Assembly: GCA_963788655.1 (NCBI GenBank)
Contig: CAWBHS010000057.1
Location: forward strand, 296,469-360,468
DNA from: an uncultured Verrucomicrobiae bacterium
GTDB taxonomy: Bacteria; Verrucomicrobiota; Verrucomicrobiia; Limisphaerales; JAFGQR01
Reading direction: 5' to 3'
DNA: 64,000 nt
Shown here piece after piece: positions 54,818 to 63,851 of the stretch. The first letter of the stretch is position 1. Every line of letters starts with the position of its first letter. A program made the translations under genes and the position numbers. The notes under the pieces are model-generated. The model was not told where the DNA came from, made no database searches, and worked only from the letters and a program-made list of their open reading frames with translations.

Positions 54818-56974
54818 TTACTCAAACGTCCACGGCGACGTATCCACGCCGAGTTCCTCGAATAGGAAGCTGTAGATGTCCGCTAGTTCGGCGACGCGAT
54901 CCCGCAGGGATGATCCCATGCCGTGTCCGGCGCTGGCCGTCATGCGCAACAGGATCGGATGCTCCGAACTCGTGGCGGCCTGGAGGGCGGCGGTCATTTT
55001 GCGCGAGTGCGCCGGGTTCACGCGACCGTCATGTTCGCCGCAGGGAAACAACACCGCCGGATACGCCGTGCCGGCCTTGACGTGATGATAGGGGGAGTAG
55101 GCGTAAAGCGCCTTGAACTGCGCCGGATCCTTCACGCTGCCAAACTCGGTCACGTTGAACGCGCCATTGGGATCCAGTTCCACGCGCAGCATGTCGTAAA
55201 TGCCCACGCGCGAAACCACGGCGCGCGCTAGCTCAGGCCGCTGGGTCAGGAATGCGCCCATCAAGAGTCCGCCGTTGCTGCCGCCCATGACCGCCAGTTT
55301 GGCCGGGCGCGTGTATTTGCGTTTGATGAGGTGTTCAGCGCACGCGATGAAGTCGTCGAACACATTTTGCTTGTTCGTCAGATTACCGGCTTTGTGCCAT
55401 TCCTCGCCGAACTCGCCGCCGCCGCGCAGATTGGCGATCGCATACACGCCGCCGGCATCGAACCACACGCGCAGCGTCGGATTGAACCGAGGCGTCAGAC
55501 TGATCCCGTAGCCGCCGTAGCCGTAGAGAATCGTCGGGTTGTTCCCGTCGAGCTTGAGTCCCTTTTTGCGCAGGATGTTCAGCGGAACTTTCGTGCCGTC
55601 CTTGGACGTGGCGAACTCGCGCACCACTTCGATGTCGTCGAAGCTGACCGGCGAGATCGTGCGCAACGCGGTCAGGCGTGGTTGTTTCTGACCCGGCGCC
55701 CACTCATACCACGCCGTGGGCGTGAGATAACTGGTGTTCGCAAACAACACGTCGTCCTCGTGCCAGCAATGCAAACCGCTAACGGACGAAACGGGCGGCA
55801 CGGGAACTTCCACCGGTTTGCGTTTGCCCTGTCGATAATACCGCAGCCGTGACGGACCACCGACCAGTTCATTGACGTAGAGCCCGTGCGCGGACGGTTC
55901 AAAGTCTTGAATAACACCGCGATCTTCGGGCACCACAACTTTGGCCTTGCTCAAATCCAAGTCGTCGAGCGGCAGGCGAAGGAGTCTTCCGTGCGGCGCA
56001 TCCTGGAGCGAACGCAGATAGAGCGCGCCGTCGTGGCCAAACTTGATCTGTTTTACGCCGTCCTCGAAGCGCGTGAGTTGCCGCCATTGCCCTGCCGCAT
56101 TGCGCAGGTAATGGGCGAAGTCGCCGCCGTCGCCGTTCGCCACCGTCGCCAGCAACCATTGGCCGTCCTTGCTCGAATCGAGTTCGATCTCCGCAATGCG
56201 CGGAAACTCGCGGCCCATTTCGTACGTGTCGGCGCTGACCGGTTTGCCGAGTTCGTGAAACCAGACCTGCTGATAAAAGTGCAGGTCGGCCTCCGGCCGT
56301 TCGCCGGCGTGCGGATAGCGCGTGTAGAAAATGCCCGTGCCATCGGCGTTCCAGGCCGCGCTGCCGCCGCCGGTGGGATATTGCACCGACGGAATCGTGT
56401 CCGGCAGATGCCGGCCAGTGGCCGTTTCGAAGAAATGCAACGTGCCATCTTCACTGCCGTTTTCCGAAAGACTGATCGCCACCAGGCGACCATCCGGCGA
56501 CGGCACAAACCAGTCCATCGCCGTCGTGCCGTTGGTGTTCCAGGCGTTCGGATCGAAGACGACCTTCCACAGCGCGGGCGGATAAAGCGATTTGAGCCGC
56601 ACGAGCACCGGCTGTTGCGCGGGCGGTTTGTTGCGCAGCGCGAAAATGGACTCGCCGCGCCGGTAAGCCACCGAGTAACTGGCCGATTGGTCGGCGAGCA
56701 GTTCCTCCAACTCCTGCGCCACGCCGTCGTGAAAGGGGAGTTTGTCGAAGTAGGCGCGCGTGCGCTCGTTTTGCGCGCGCGTCCACTCGCGCACGGCGGC
56801 GTTGGTGGCGTCTTCGAGCCACTGATAATCATCCACGACCTGAACGCCGTGATAGACATTCGTGACCGGTTCACGCGGCGTGGGAACCGACGGCAGTTGG
56901 GCGAAGCCGAGTCGCGCGACAGCGAGGTTGAGCAACATCGCGCAGACGGGAATAAAATGATGCATGCGGCGCAT
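54818..56974 (-). CDS. Prolyl oligopeptidase (peptidase S9A)
   Basis: DDYQWLE, SKDGTKVP, YGYGG, NLRGGGEFG, GGSNGG (Ser), HDGRV (Asp), AGHG (His). Confidence 0.95.
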   Translation of the reverse strand: MRRMHHFIPVCAMLLNLAVARLGFAQLPSVPTPREPVTNVYHGVQVVDDYQWLEDATNAAVREWTRAQNERTRAYFDKLPFHDGVAQELEELLADQSASYSVAYRRGESIFALRNKPPAQQPVLVRLKSLYPPALWKVVFDPNAWNTNGTTAMDWFVPSPDGRLVAISLSENGSEDGTLHFFETATGRHLPDTIPSVQYPTGGGSAAWNADGTGIFYTRYPHAGERPEADLHFYQQVWFHELGKPVSADTYEMGREFPRIAEIELDSSKDGQWLLATVANGDGGDFAHYLRNAAGQWRQLTRFEDGVKQIKFGHDGALYLRSLQDAPHGRLLRLPLDDLDLSKAKVVVPEDRGVIQDFEPSAHGLYVNELVGGPSRLRYYRQGKRKPVEVPVPPVSSVSGLHCWHEDDVLFANTSYLTPTAWYEWAPGQKQPRLTALRTISPVSFDDIEVVREFATSKDGTKVPLNILRKKGLKLDGNNPTILYGYGGYGISLTPRFNPTLRVWFDAGGVYAIANLRGGGEFGEEWHKAGNLTNKQNVFDDFIACAEHLIKRKYTRPAKLAVMGGSNGGLLMGAFLTQRPELARAVVSRVGIYDMLRVELDPNGAFNVTEFGSVKDPAQFKALYAYSPYHHVKAGTAYPAVLFPCGEHDGRVNPAHSRKMTAALQAATSSEHPILLRMTASAGHGMGSSLRDRVAELADIYSFLFEELGVDTSPWTFE

Positions 56975-57036
56975 AAGGATTAAGGCTAATCGCCGAAGCC
57001 TTGGCGGCAAGCATTTTGAAGGTGCGCATTGCGGTC

Positions 57037-57067
57037 GTAGCTGTGCTGGTGACAGCACGGCTGACTT
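57037..57067 (+). repeat. GTAG-type REP (A variant), isolated copy
   Basis: GTAGCTGTGCTGGTGACAGCACGGCTGACTT, identical to 60085-60115. Confidence 0.85.
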
Positions 57068-57202
57068 TAACGACCCTCCGAATCTGTTTCGAAAGAAGAT
57101 CGCTTTTCATTTGGGGAAAGCGCACAATCCGAAGTTGATTTGGGGGGGCGGGGAAATGAAACGCTCCCCACGACTGAACGGTGAGCAATGATTTGAAATC
57201 TG

Positions 57203-57268
57203 ACCACGGATGACGCGGATAACACGGATCAAACCTTTCTTATCTGAGTAATCCGGGAAATCCGTGGT
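57203..57268. repeat. Inverted nonamer arrays (ACCACGGAT type) forming a hairpin
   Basis: accacggat-gacgcggat-aacacggat ... atctgagta-atccgggaa-atccgtggt. Confidence 0.75.
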
Positions 57269-57319
57269 TAAGCGCTGAGTAGTTTTTCGATGGAATCTCA
57301 GAAAAGGGAATCTGGAGCC

Positions 57320-59170
57320 ATGAAAACAAAATCCAAAATCTGCCCAATAAATCTCACTTGGCCCGCTTCTGCCTTATGGCTCTGTGTCCTGATTTCTGCT
57401 GGCTTGTCCATAACTACCAAAGCCGCCAGCACCCTCCACGTCTGGCAGGACAGCCCCAATCCCACGCCCCCTTACTCCGACTGGGGCACTTCCGCCACCA
57501 ATATCCAGGACGCTGTGGACGCAGCAGCGGCAGGGGACGAAATCCTCGTAACCAACGGCGTGTACCAGACCGGGGCGCGGGCCGTTTTTGGGATGAGCAA
57601 CCGGGTGGCGGTGACCAAGCCCGTGACCGTGCGCAGCGTCAACGGGCCTGAAGTCACAATCATCGCCGGCTACCGTGTGCCCGGAGCCATCCTCGGCGCG
57701 GCGGCAGTGCGGTGTGTGTACCTGACCAACGGCTCGGTGCTGTCGGGATTTACGCTTACCAATGGGGCGACGCAAACGTCCGGCGATTACCTCATAAATC
57801 AATCGGGCGGGGGCGCTTGGTGCGAGTCCATGAATGCGGTGGTGACGAATTGCGTGCTGGCGGGCAATTCGGCCTCTGTCGGCGGCGGCGGAGCCTACAA
57901 GGGCACGCTCAGCAACTGCACGCTGACGGGCAATTCGGCCTCTTCCTCCGGCGGCGGGGCCTTCTTTGGCACACTCAACCACTGCACTCTGGCCCGTAAT
58001 TCGTCTGGCTACTTCGGTGGCGGGATCTACAATGGCACACTCAATCATTGCACGCTGACCGGCAATTCAGCAGACTACTATGGCGGTGGAGCCTGCTTAG
58101 GCACGCTCAACGACTGCACGCTGATCGGAAATTCAGCCACCGACTCCGGTGGCGGGGCCTTCCGGGGCACGTTCCACCGCTGCACGCTGACGAGCAATTC
58201 GGCAGAGGACGGCGGCGGGGCCTCCGAGGCGGGGCTCTACTACTGCACGCTGACGGGCAATTCGGCTTCTTCCCACGGTGGTGGGGCTTACAAGGGAGGG
58301 CTCCACTACTGCACGCTGACGGGCAATTTAGCTCGCTACGGCGGTGGGGCCTCCGACACCACGCTCAACCAATGCACGCTGATAGGCAATTCGGCCTCCC
58401 TCGGCGGCGGGGCCTACCGGGGCACGTTCAACAACTGTACGCTGACGGGCAATTCAGCTACCAACTCCAGCGGCGGGGCCTTCGGAGGCACACTCAACAA
58501 CTGCATTGTGTATTACAACACCGCCTGGGTGACGGGGAACAATTACGAACTCAGCACCTTGAACTACTGCTGCACGACGCCGCTGCCTTCCAGTGGCACG
58601 GGCAACATCATTAGTCAGCCGAGTTTTGTGAACACCAACGGTTGGGCCAATATCCGGCTCCAATCCAACTCACCTTGCATCAACGCTGGGAACAATGCCT
58701 ACGCCTCTGGCTCAACGGACTTGGACGGCCGCCCCCGCATTGTCGGCGGCACGGTGGACATTGGTGCCTACGAATACCAAGGCCCCGGGATGAGCGAGTG
58801 CATCGGCTGGCTCCAGCAATACGACCTACCCACGGACGGTTCGGTCGATGCCACCGACCCAGACCAGGACGGCCCGAACAACTGGCAGGAATGGCAGGCG
58901 GACACCGACCCGACGAACGAGCATTCGTATTTCCACATCGCGTGCATCTCCTATGGCCCGCCGGTCCGCGTCCGGTTCCGAAGCTCATCGAGCCGCGTCT
59001 ATTCCCTGCTCAGTCGCACCAACCTGTCCGCAACAGACTGGCGGGAAGTTCCCGGACAATCGGACCAGCCCGGCAGTGGCGGCCTGGATGTGTTGCTGGA
59101 TACCAATGTCGTACCCGAGCATTTCTATCGGATCGGTGTTCGTCCGCCGGATACTCCTCCCACCCCGTAG
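57320..59170 (+). CDS. Secreted right-handed beta-helix protein with choice-of-anchor Q-like domain
   Basis: Signal peptide; ATNIQDAVD; ~10 repeats GTLNxCTLTGNSAxxGGGA; LQSNSPCINAG...DLDGRPR...VDIGAYE. Confidence 0.85.
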   Translation: MKTKSKICPINLTWPASALWLCVLISAGLSITTKAASTLHVWQDSPNPTPPYSDWGTSATNIQDAVDAAAAGDEILVTNGVYQTGARAVFGMSNRVAVTKPVTVRSVNGPEVTIIAGYRVPGAILGAAAVRCVYLTNGSVLSGFTLTNGATQTSGDYLINQSGGGAWCESMNAVVTNCVLAGNSASVGGGGAYKGTLSNCTLTGNSASSSGGGAFFGTLNHCTLARNSSGYFGGGIYNGTLNHCTLTGNSADYYGGGACLGTLNDCTLIGNSATDSGGGAFRGTFHRCTLTSNSAEDGGGASEAGLYYCTLTGNSASSHGGGAYKGGLHYCTLTGNLARYGGGASDTTLNQCTLIGNSASLGGGAYRGTFNNCTLTGNSATNSSGGAFGGTLNNCIVYYNTAWVTGNNYELSTLNYCCTTPLPSSGTGNIISQPSFVNTNGWANIRLQSNSPCINAGNNAYASGSTDLDGRPRIVGGTVDIGAYEYQGPGMSECIGWLQQYDLPTDGSVDATDPDQDGPNNWQEWQADTDPTNEHSYFHIACISYGPPVRVRFRSSSSRVYSLLSRTNLSATDWREVPGQSDQPGSGGLDVLLDTNVVPEHFYRIGVRPPDTPPTP

Positions 59171-60292
59171 CTGTGCTGGTGACAGCATGGCACTTGTCAG
59201 GGAGCAAAAAAGTCAGCCGCGTTCTCACGAACGCAGCTACGAACCAGCGGGATTGTAGCTGAGCTGGTGACAGCACGGCTGACTTCAACGAAGCCAAACG
59301 GCCGAAACTCTATTGCTTTTGTCATCCCGGTGTTTGTTTGCGGCGATCAAAAGATATTCGGAAGTTTGCCGCGTTCTCACGAACGCAGCTACGGGGGCGG
59401 TTCGGTCGGCTGCGGATCACGACGCTTGTCGTAAAGCTTCCAAAAAAATTCCCAATAATCGTCGTCCAGGGGATGGAGGTCCGGATAGCCGGGAACCAGC
59501 GCCCCGCCAAATTCCCAATCCGTCTCCGACTACACCAATTCCGCCCGCACTGGATTGGCGAGGATGTAAAAACACACTCGGGCAAACGCGTTCTGTTTCC
59601 GCTCTTCCTCCCGCAACACATGATCGTGGACCTAGGACTGCAAACGCCACTTCCCTCCTGCTGGTAGCTGCGTTCGTGAGAACACGGCTGATTTCCTCTT
59701 CCCCGGATACGTGCCAGCCAAAAGCAAGTTCAGGTACTTCCGCAAGAACTTCATCGCATTCAATTGGTCACTCTCCTGGGATAATCCCAGCCATACCAGA
59801 TGCAGGTGGTCGGGCATCAGACAATAAACCGGACAAACGAGTTGTTCCCGGGCGCAGGTATGCAACATGAGTTCGCGAAAAAACTGATGGAAATCGCTTG
59901 TCAGCCAGCCGGGGCTCCGGGGATTCACGGTGAGTGTCCAATGGACCGCCGCAAAGGCCTGGTAGTTGGAGCGGATCAGGCGAGGCAGGTGGTGCAGGTC
60001 GGGATTCGGCATGAGTGGGAAGGTAAGGCAGAAACTGAAAAAGTCAGCCGTGTTCTCACGAACACAGCTACATCCATCGGGAATGTAGCTGTGCTGGTGA
60101 CAGCACGGCTGACTTGAAGAAAAGCCGTAGGTCGGAGGCAGATTACCATAGTGGTTCGTAGCTGCCACTCGGGCTTCGCGGTATCAGCGCTTCCATGCGG
60201 CAATCAATATTCGTTCGGAAGTTTGCCGCGTTCTCACGAACACAGCTACGGATTGTAAGGGTTGTATCTGTGCTGGTAACAGCACGGCACTT
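59167..60292. repeat. Cluster of nine GTAG-type REPs (A and B variants) around and inside the RAYT gene
   Basis: A(+) at 59167, 59255, 60085, 60264; B(-) ending at 59240, 59392, 60071, 60249; B(+) at 59664. Confidence 0.9.
59389..60012 (-). pseudogene. REP-associated tyrosine transposase (RAYT/TnpA-REP, HUH Y1) with two in-frame TAG stops
   Basis: YCLMPDHLHLVW (HUH), HDHVLR, CFYILANPVRAELV (catalytic Tyr); TAG at 59632-59634 and 59530-59532, frame otherwise intact. Confidence 0.88.
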
Positions 60293-60962
60293 ACCGCCGC
60301 GCCTCTTGAATCCACTGGCGGATTTCCGTGGCACGGCGCGTGATGGCGGCATAATCGCGTTGGTCGAGAAACTCCTTCTTGAGTAGTTCGCGGCCGATGC
60401 CGGCGGCCACGATGCCGGCCTGGAACCATTCGGCCAGCGCCGGCTTCGACACCTCACGGATACCCGTCGCCATGATGCGCGTCCACGGGCAGGGGCCGAG
60501 CAGGGCTTTGACAAATGCCGGTCCGCCCACCAGTTCGCACGGGAAGAGCTTTACGATCTCCACCCCGGCTTCCTCGGCGGTGGCAATCTCGGTGGCGGTG
60601 GCGCAACCGGGCAAATACGCCACCTTGCGGCGGTTGCAGAAACGGGCGACGCGCTCGTTGAACGACGGGCCGACGATGATGTTGGCCCCGTGCGCCACAA
60701 ACAGCGCGGCGGTGGCTTCGTCCACGATGGAACCGGCGCCGAGCATCAGGTCGGGCGTCTGTTGCCGGGCGCTGCGCGCCAGTTCCCGAAACACGTCGAT
60801 GGCGTGATCGCCGCGATTCGTAAATTCAAAGACGGTCAAGCCGCCCGCCGCACAGGCAGCGAGGACTTGTGACGCCACTTCGAGGTCGCCGTGATAAAAG
60901 ACCGGCACGAGGCCGACTTCGACGATCCGATTCAGGACTTCAAGACGTGAGAAACGAGCCAT
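60291..60962 (-). CDS. eda: KDPG/KHG aldolase
   Basis: FEFTNRG, LGAGSI, IVGP, YLPGC, VKLFP. Confidence 0.9.
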   Translation of the reverse strand: MARFSRLEVLNRIVEVGLVPVFYHGDLEVASQVLAACAAGGLTVFEFTNRGDHAIDVFRELARSARQQTPDLMLGAGSIVDEATAALFVAHGANIIVGPSFNERVARFCNRRKVAYLPGCATATEIATAEEAGVEIVKLFPCELVGGPAFVKALLGPCPWTRIMATGIREVSKPALAEWFQAGIVAAGIGRELLKKEFLDQRDYAAITRRATEIRQWIQEARR

Positions 60963-60965
60963 AGT

Positions 60966-62347
60966 TCAAGCGGGAGATTGATAGTGTTTGCGGACGAAGG
61001 CAATGGCGTTGGCAACGGACGGCTGCCGACCACTGAAGGCGAGAGAAAGCGTGAGCAGACCCAACAGGGTGTCTTCCTCTGATGCCGCGAGGCGGTGGGC
61101 CGCTCCAAGCCGGTCGCAGATCAGGGGGCGCAACAGCGTGATCTTGAGGGTTACGCCGCCGGAAAAAACCAACCGGGTCCAATTCTTTGCCGGTGAGAGG
61201 CGGGCAGCGCATTTCGCGTAGTTGTCGGCCATGCCCGCGAACGCTCCACGGAAGAGATGGCCAACGGTGAGATTCTCTTCCCGGATATTCGTGACGCTGC
61301 CGCAGTCGCCCATCGCGCTGAAGTAGAAGGCGGGATCGACCCGCAGGTCGGTCGAATCAATTCTGGCGGCTTCGGTGAGGATGGTGTCCCACGGATCGCG
61401 CAGTTTCACGCCTTGGGCTTCGGCCAGTTCGCTGAGCACGCGGACCAGTGCGTGCAGCGCGCGTCCGCCGGGAATATGCGTGATCGTCTTGAGAAACCGG
61501 CCATCGAACCACGGTCGGGTCTGGAAGTCGCCAAACTCGCATCCGAGTGCCAGTTGGATCACTGCCGAGCCGGTGGAGATGTTCACGGACAATTCGCCTT
61601 CTTCAAGGAACGCCCCGATTTGCGAGCAGTGGTAGTCGCCGACCGGCGCAAAGACGGGCAGCTTGCGGGAACAACCTGGTATTCGCCCAGCACGGTTCCT
61701 TGCGGAACAATCTCGGGCCAGCGCACGGCGTCAAGCCCGAGCCTCTCGGTGACGGGCCGATGCCAGTTCAGGGTTTCGACATTGAGCACGCCATGAGCAA
61801 AGGCGTTGGTCACATCGGATTTCGGAGCGCCACTACAGAGGTTCGCCACGACATAGTTGGACAGCGAGGCTACGATCGAAGGCTGGGCAGGCAGCCGCCC
61901 GTTCTGGGCGAGCCAGAAAAGGTAACAGAGCGGAACGCCCGACCGGGCTTCGTTGCCCAGTTGGCGTCGGTCCTCCATTGTAAGACGCCGGTTGATCTCA
62001 TCAAAGTAAATGCCGGGGCCGCTGGGGAACGGCTGCAGGGCGCGTTGGTCCTGCCAATTGATCGCGTTGGAAACGGCGAGGCCTTGATCGTCGGTGAGCA
62101 CCATGCCGTGCAATTGACTGCACATTACCAGGCCCTCGGCATCCGGAGCATGTTGGCGCAGACGATCTATCAGAGCGCGCGTGATGGTGACAATCTGCGC
62201 CGGATCAAACTCGCGAAACGCCGAGTTCAGTCCGCGAATGGGGTCGGGGAAAGGCAAACGCTCGACGGGCTGGATGCTTAGCGCATCGAGGTCCAGCACC
62301 GCCCCTTTGACGAACAAAGAACCGAGGTCGAGGCCGATGAATCTCAT
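60966..62347 (-). CDS. FGGY-family carbohydrate kinase (sedoheptulokinase-like; frameshift ~61600-61670)
   Basis: IGLDLGS, SQLHG, INWQDQR, SVNISTGS, LVFSGG. Confidence 0.8.
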
Positions 62348-62363
62348 CTCATGAGGCCGGGAC

Positions 62364-62720
62364 TCACGTGGAGGGCGGTGCGGCCTGCAAGTGGTCCAAC
62401 GCCTTTAGCACATCGGGTATATGGACGAAGGCCGGCCCGCCTCCCATCAGCACGGCGACGCCCGCGGCTTCAAGAACCTGTTCGCGGGTCGCGCCGGCCT
62501 TGAGGCTGCCTTCCGCATGAAGCCAGATGCAGTCCGTGCAGCCCTGCGCCATCCCGACGGCCAGAGCAATCAACTCCTTTTCACGGGCGGACAAGTTGCC
62601 CGGTTTCATCAACGCGACGTGCAGTCCGCCGAAGGCACGCGCCACTTCCGGCGCGTCACTGCGGAGCTTTTGAAAGCCGGCTTTCCATTGAGCGAGGGGA
62701 TTTTCAACCGAGGTATTCAT
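62364..62720 (-). CDS. Carboxymuconolactone decarboxylase/AhpD-like protein
   Basis: LSAREKELIALA...CTDCIWLH...GATREQ. Confidence 0.88.
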   Translation of the reverse strand: MNTSVENPLAQWKAGFQKLRSDAPEVARAFGGLHVALMKPGNLSAREKELIALAVGMAQGCTDCIWLHAEGSLKAGATREQVLEAAGVAVLMGGGPAFVHIPDVLKALDHLQAAPPST

Positions 62721-62757
62721 GGTAGATTTCGTTACCTTTCTTTTCTGAAGACGTTGC

Positions 62758-63564
62758 TCAATCCGCTTCGGCCACGACCGGGTTTGTCAGCGTGCCGATC
62801 CGATCAATCTCAACCGTAACAGTATCGCCGGGCTGGAGAAACACGGGTGGCTTCCGCGCAAAGCCCACACCTTGGGGCGTCCCGGTAAGGATGACCGTCC
62901 CCGGCAGCAGCGTCGTGCTGCCGCTCAAGAATGCGATCAGGGTGGGCACGTCAAAGATCATGTCATCACAGCGCCAGTCCTGCATCGTTTGTCCGTTGAG
63001 CACGGTCTTGATTTTCAGCGCAGCGGGATCTGGAACTTCATCCTTGAGCACGAGACAAGGTCCCAGCGGCGCAAACGTGTCGAACGTCTTGCCCCGGCAC
63101 CACTGGCCGCCGCCCCATTTGCCTTGCCAGTCGCGCGCGCTCACGTCGTTGGCGCAGGTGTAGCCGAGCACATAATCGAGCGCCTGCTCCTTGGGCACGT
63201 TCTTGCACCGCTTGCCAATGACGACGGCGAGTTCGCATTCGTAATCCACTTCGTCGCTGCGCAGATGGCGGGGCAACACAATCGGGTCTTCCGGATTCTG
63301 CACGGCGGCCGGCGACTTCATAAACAGCACCGGAAACTGCGGCAGGGTCGCTTCCGCTTCCTCCGCATGGCGCCGATAGTTCAGCCCAATGCAGAAGATC
63401 GTTACGGGCGCAACCGGCGCGAGCAGCTTTTCTACTTGAGCAGGTTCTTTGGTCACTTCGTGGGCGCCGAAGAGGTCACCGGCAATTTGCCGTGCCGGGC
63501 CATCGGGCGGTTGGGCCGCGTAGCGCACGGCACCTTGAGGATCCTGGTATCGAATGATTCGCAT
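62758..63564 (-). CDS. Fumarylacetoacetate hydrolase family protein
   Basis: CIGLNY, DYECEL, ANDVSARD, GKTFDTFAP, ILTGTP. Confidence 0.93.
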   Translation of the reverse strand: MRIIRYQDPQGAVRYAAQPPDGPARQIAGDLFGAHEVTKEPAQVEKLLAPVAPVTIFCIGLNYRRHAEEAEATLPQFPVLFMKSPAAVQNPEDPIVLPRHLRSDEVDYECELAVVIGKRCKNVPKEQALDYVLGYTCANDVSARDWQGKWGGGQWCRGKTFDTFAPLGPCLVLKDEVPDPAALKIKTVLNGQTMQDWRCDDMIFDVPTLIAFLSGSTTLLPGTVILTGTPQGVGFARKPPVFLQPGDTVTVEIDRIGTLTNPVVAEAD

Positions 63565-63851
63565 AGTTTTTTGAGTTAACGGTTACAGCTTACAGAACAA
63601 GTCCGCCTTTGGGAACCGCGTCCAATCACGGTGTTCTCGGGGCGGCGGTTACGGTGATCGAATAGGTGACGGCAGGCAATCCAATGCCGAGCAAAGGTCC
63701 AATCGAAGCGTTGTAGCGTTCGTTGACCGCATTGATCGCATCGGTTTAACCGGTGAATTGTGACAGATCCAGTGCGGTCATTTTCGCGGCTTCCGGCAAA
63801 CTGTCCCACACGTCAGGGGGCAGCTTCTTCACCGCAGTTGCACCGGCTGAG

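Noticed and set aside
2335..56983. Long antisense or alternate-frame ORFs (e.g. 2335-3540, 8979-10322, 20185-21570, 36710-38098, 42566-44107, 55886-56983)
   Set aside because: Shadows of real genes in high-GC DNA, with no recognisable motifs.
57840..58510. CRISPR-like or DGR-like ~66-nt periodic repeats
   Set aside because: They are in-frame coding repeats of a beta-helix; there is no reverse transcriptase and no adenine-specific variation.
59530..59634. Amber (TAG) recoding suggested by two in-frame TAGs in the RAYT
   Set aside because: TAG ends ordinary genes here (mnmE after FCIGK, the DUF1080 gene), and no other in-frame TAGs or pyl genes are seen.
59167..60292. CRISPR array
   Set aside because: The repeats alternate in orientation, spacing is irregular, no cas genes are present and an HUH transposase is embedded. 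These are REPs.
5985..62347. Many frameshifts read as mass pseudogenisation or programmed frameshifting
   Set aside because: They are scattered single-base indels, hit conserved genes such as mnmE, share no slippery motif and leave both sides intact. Uncorrected long-read error is the simplest explanation.
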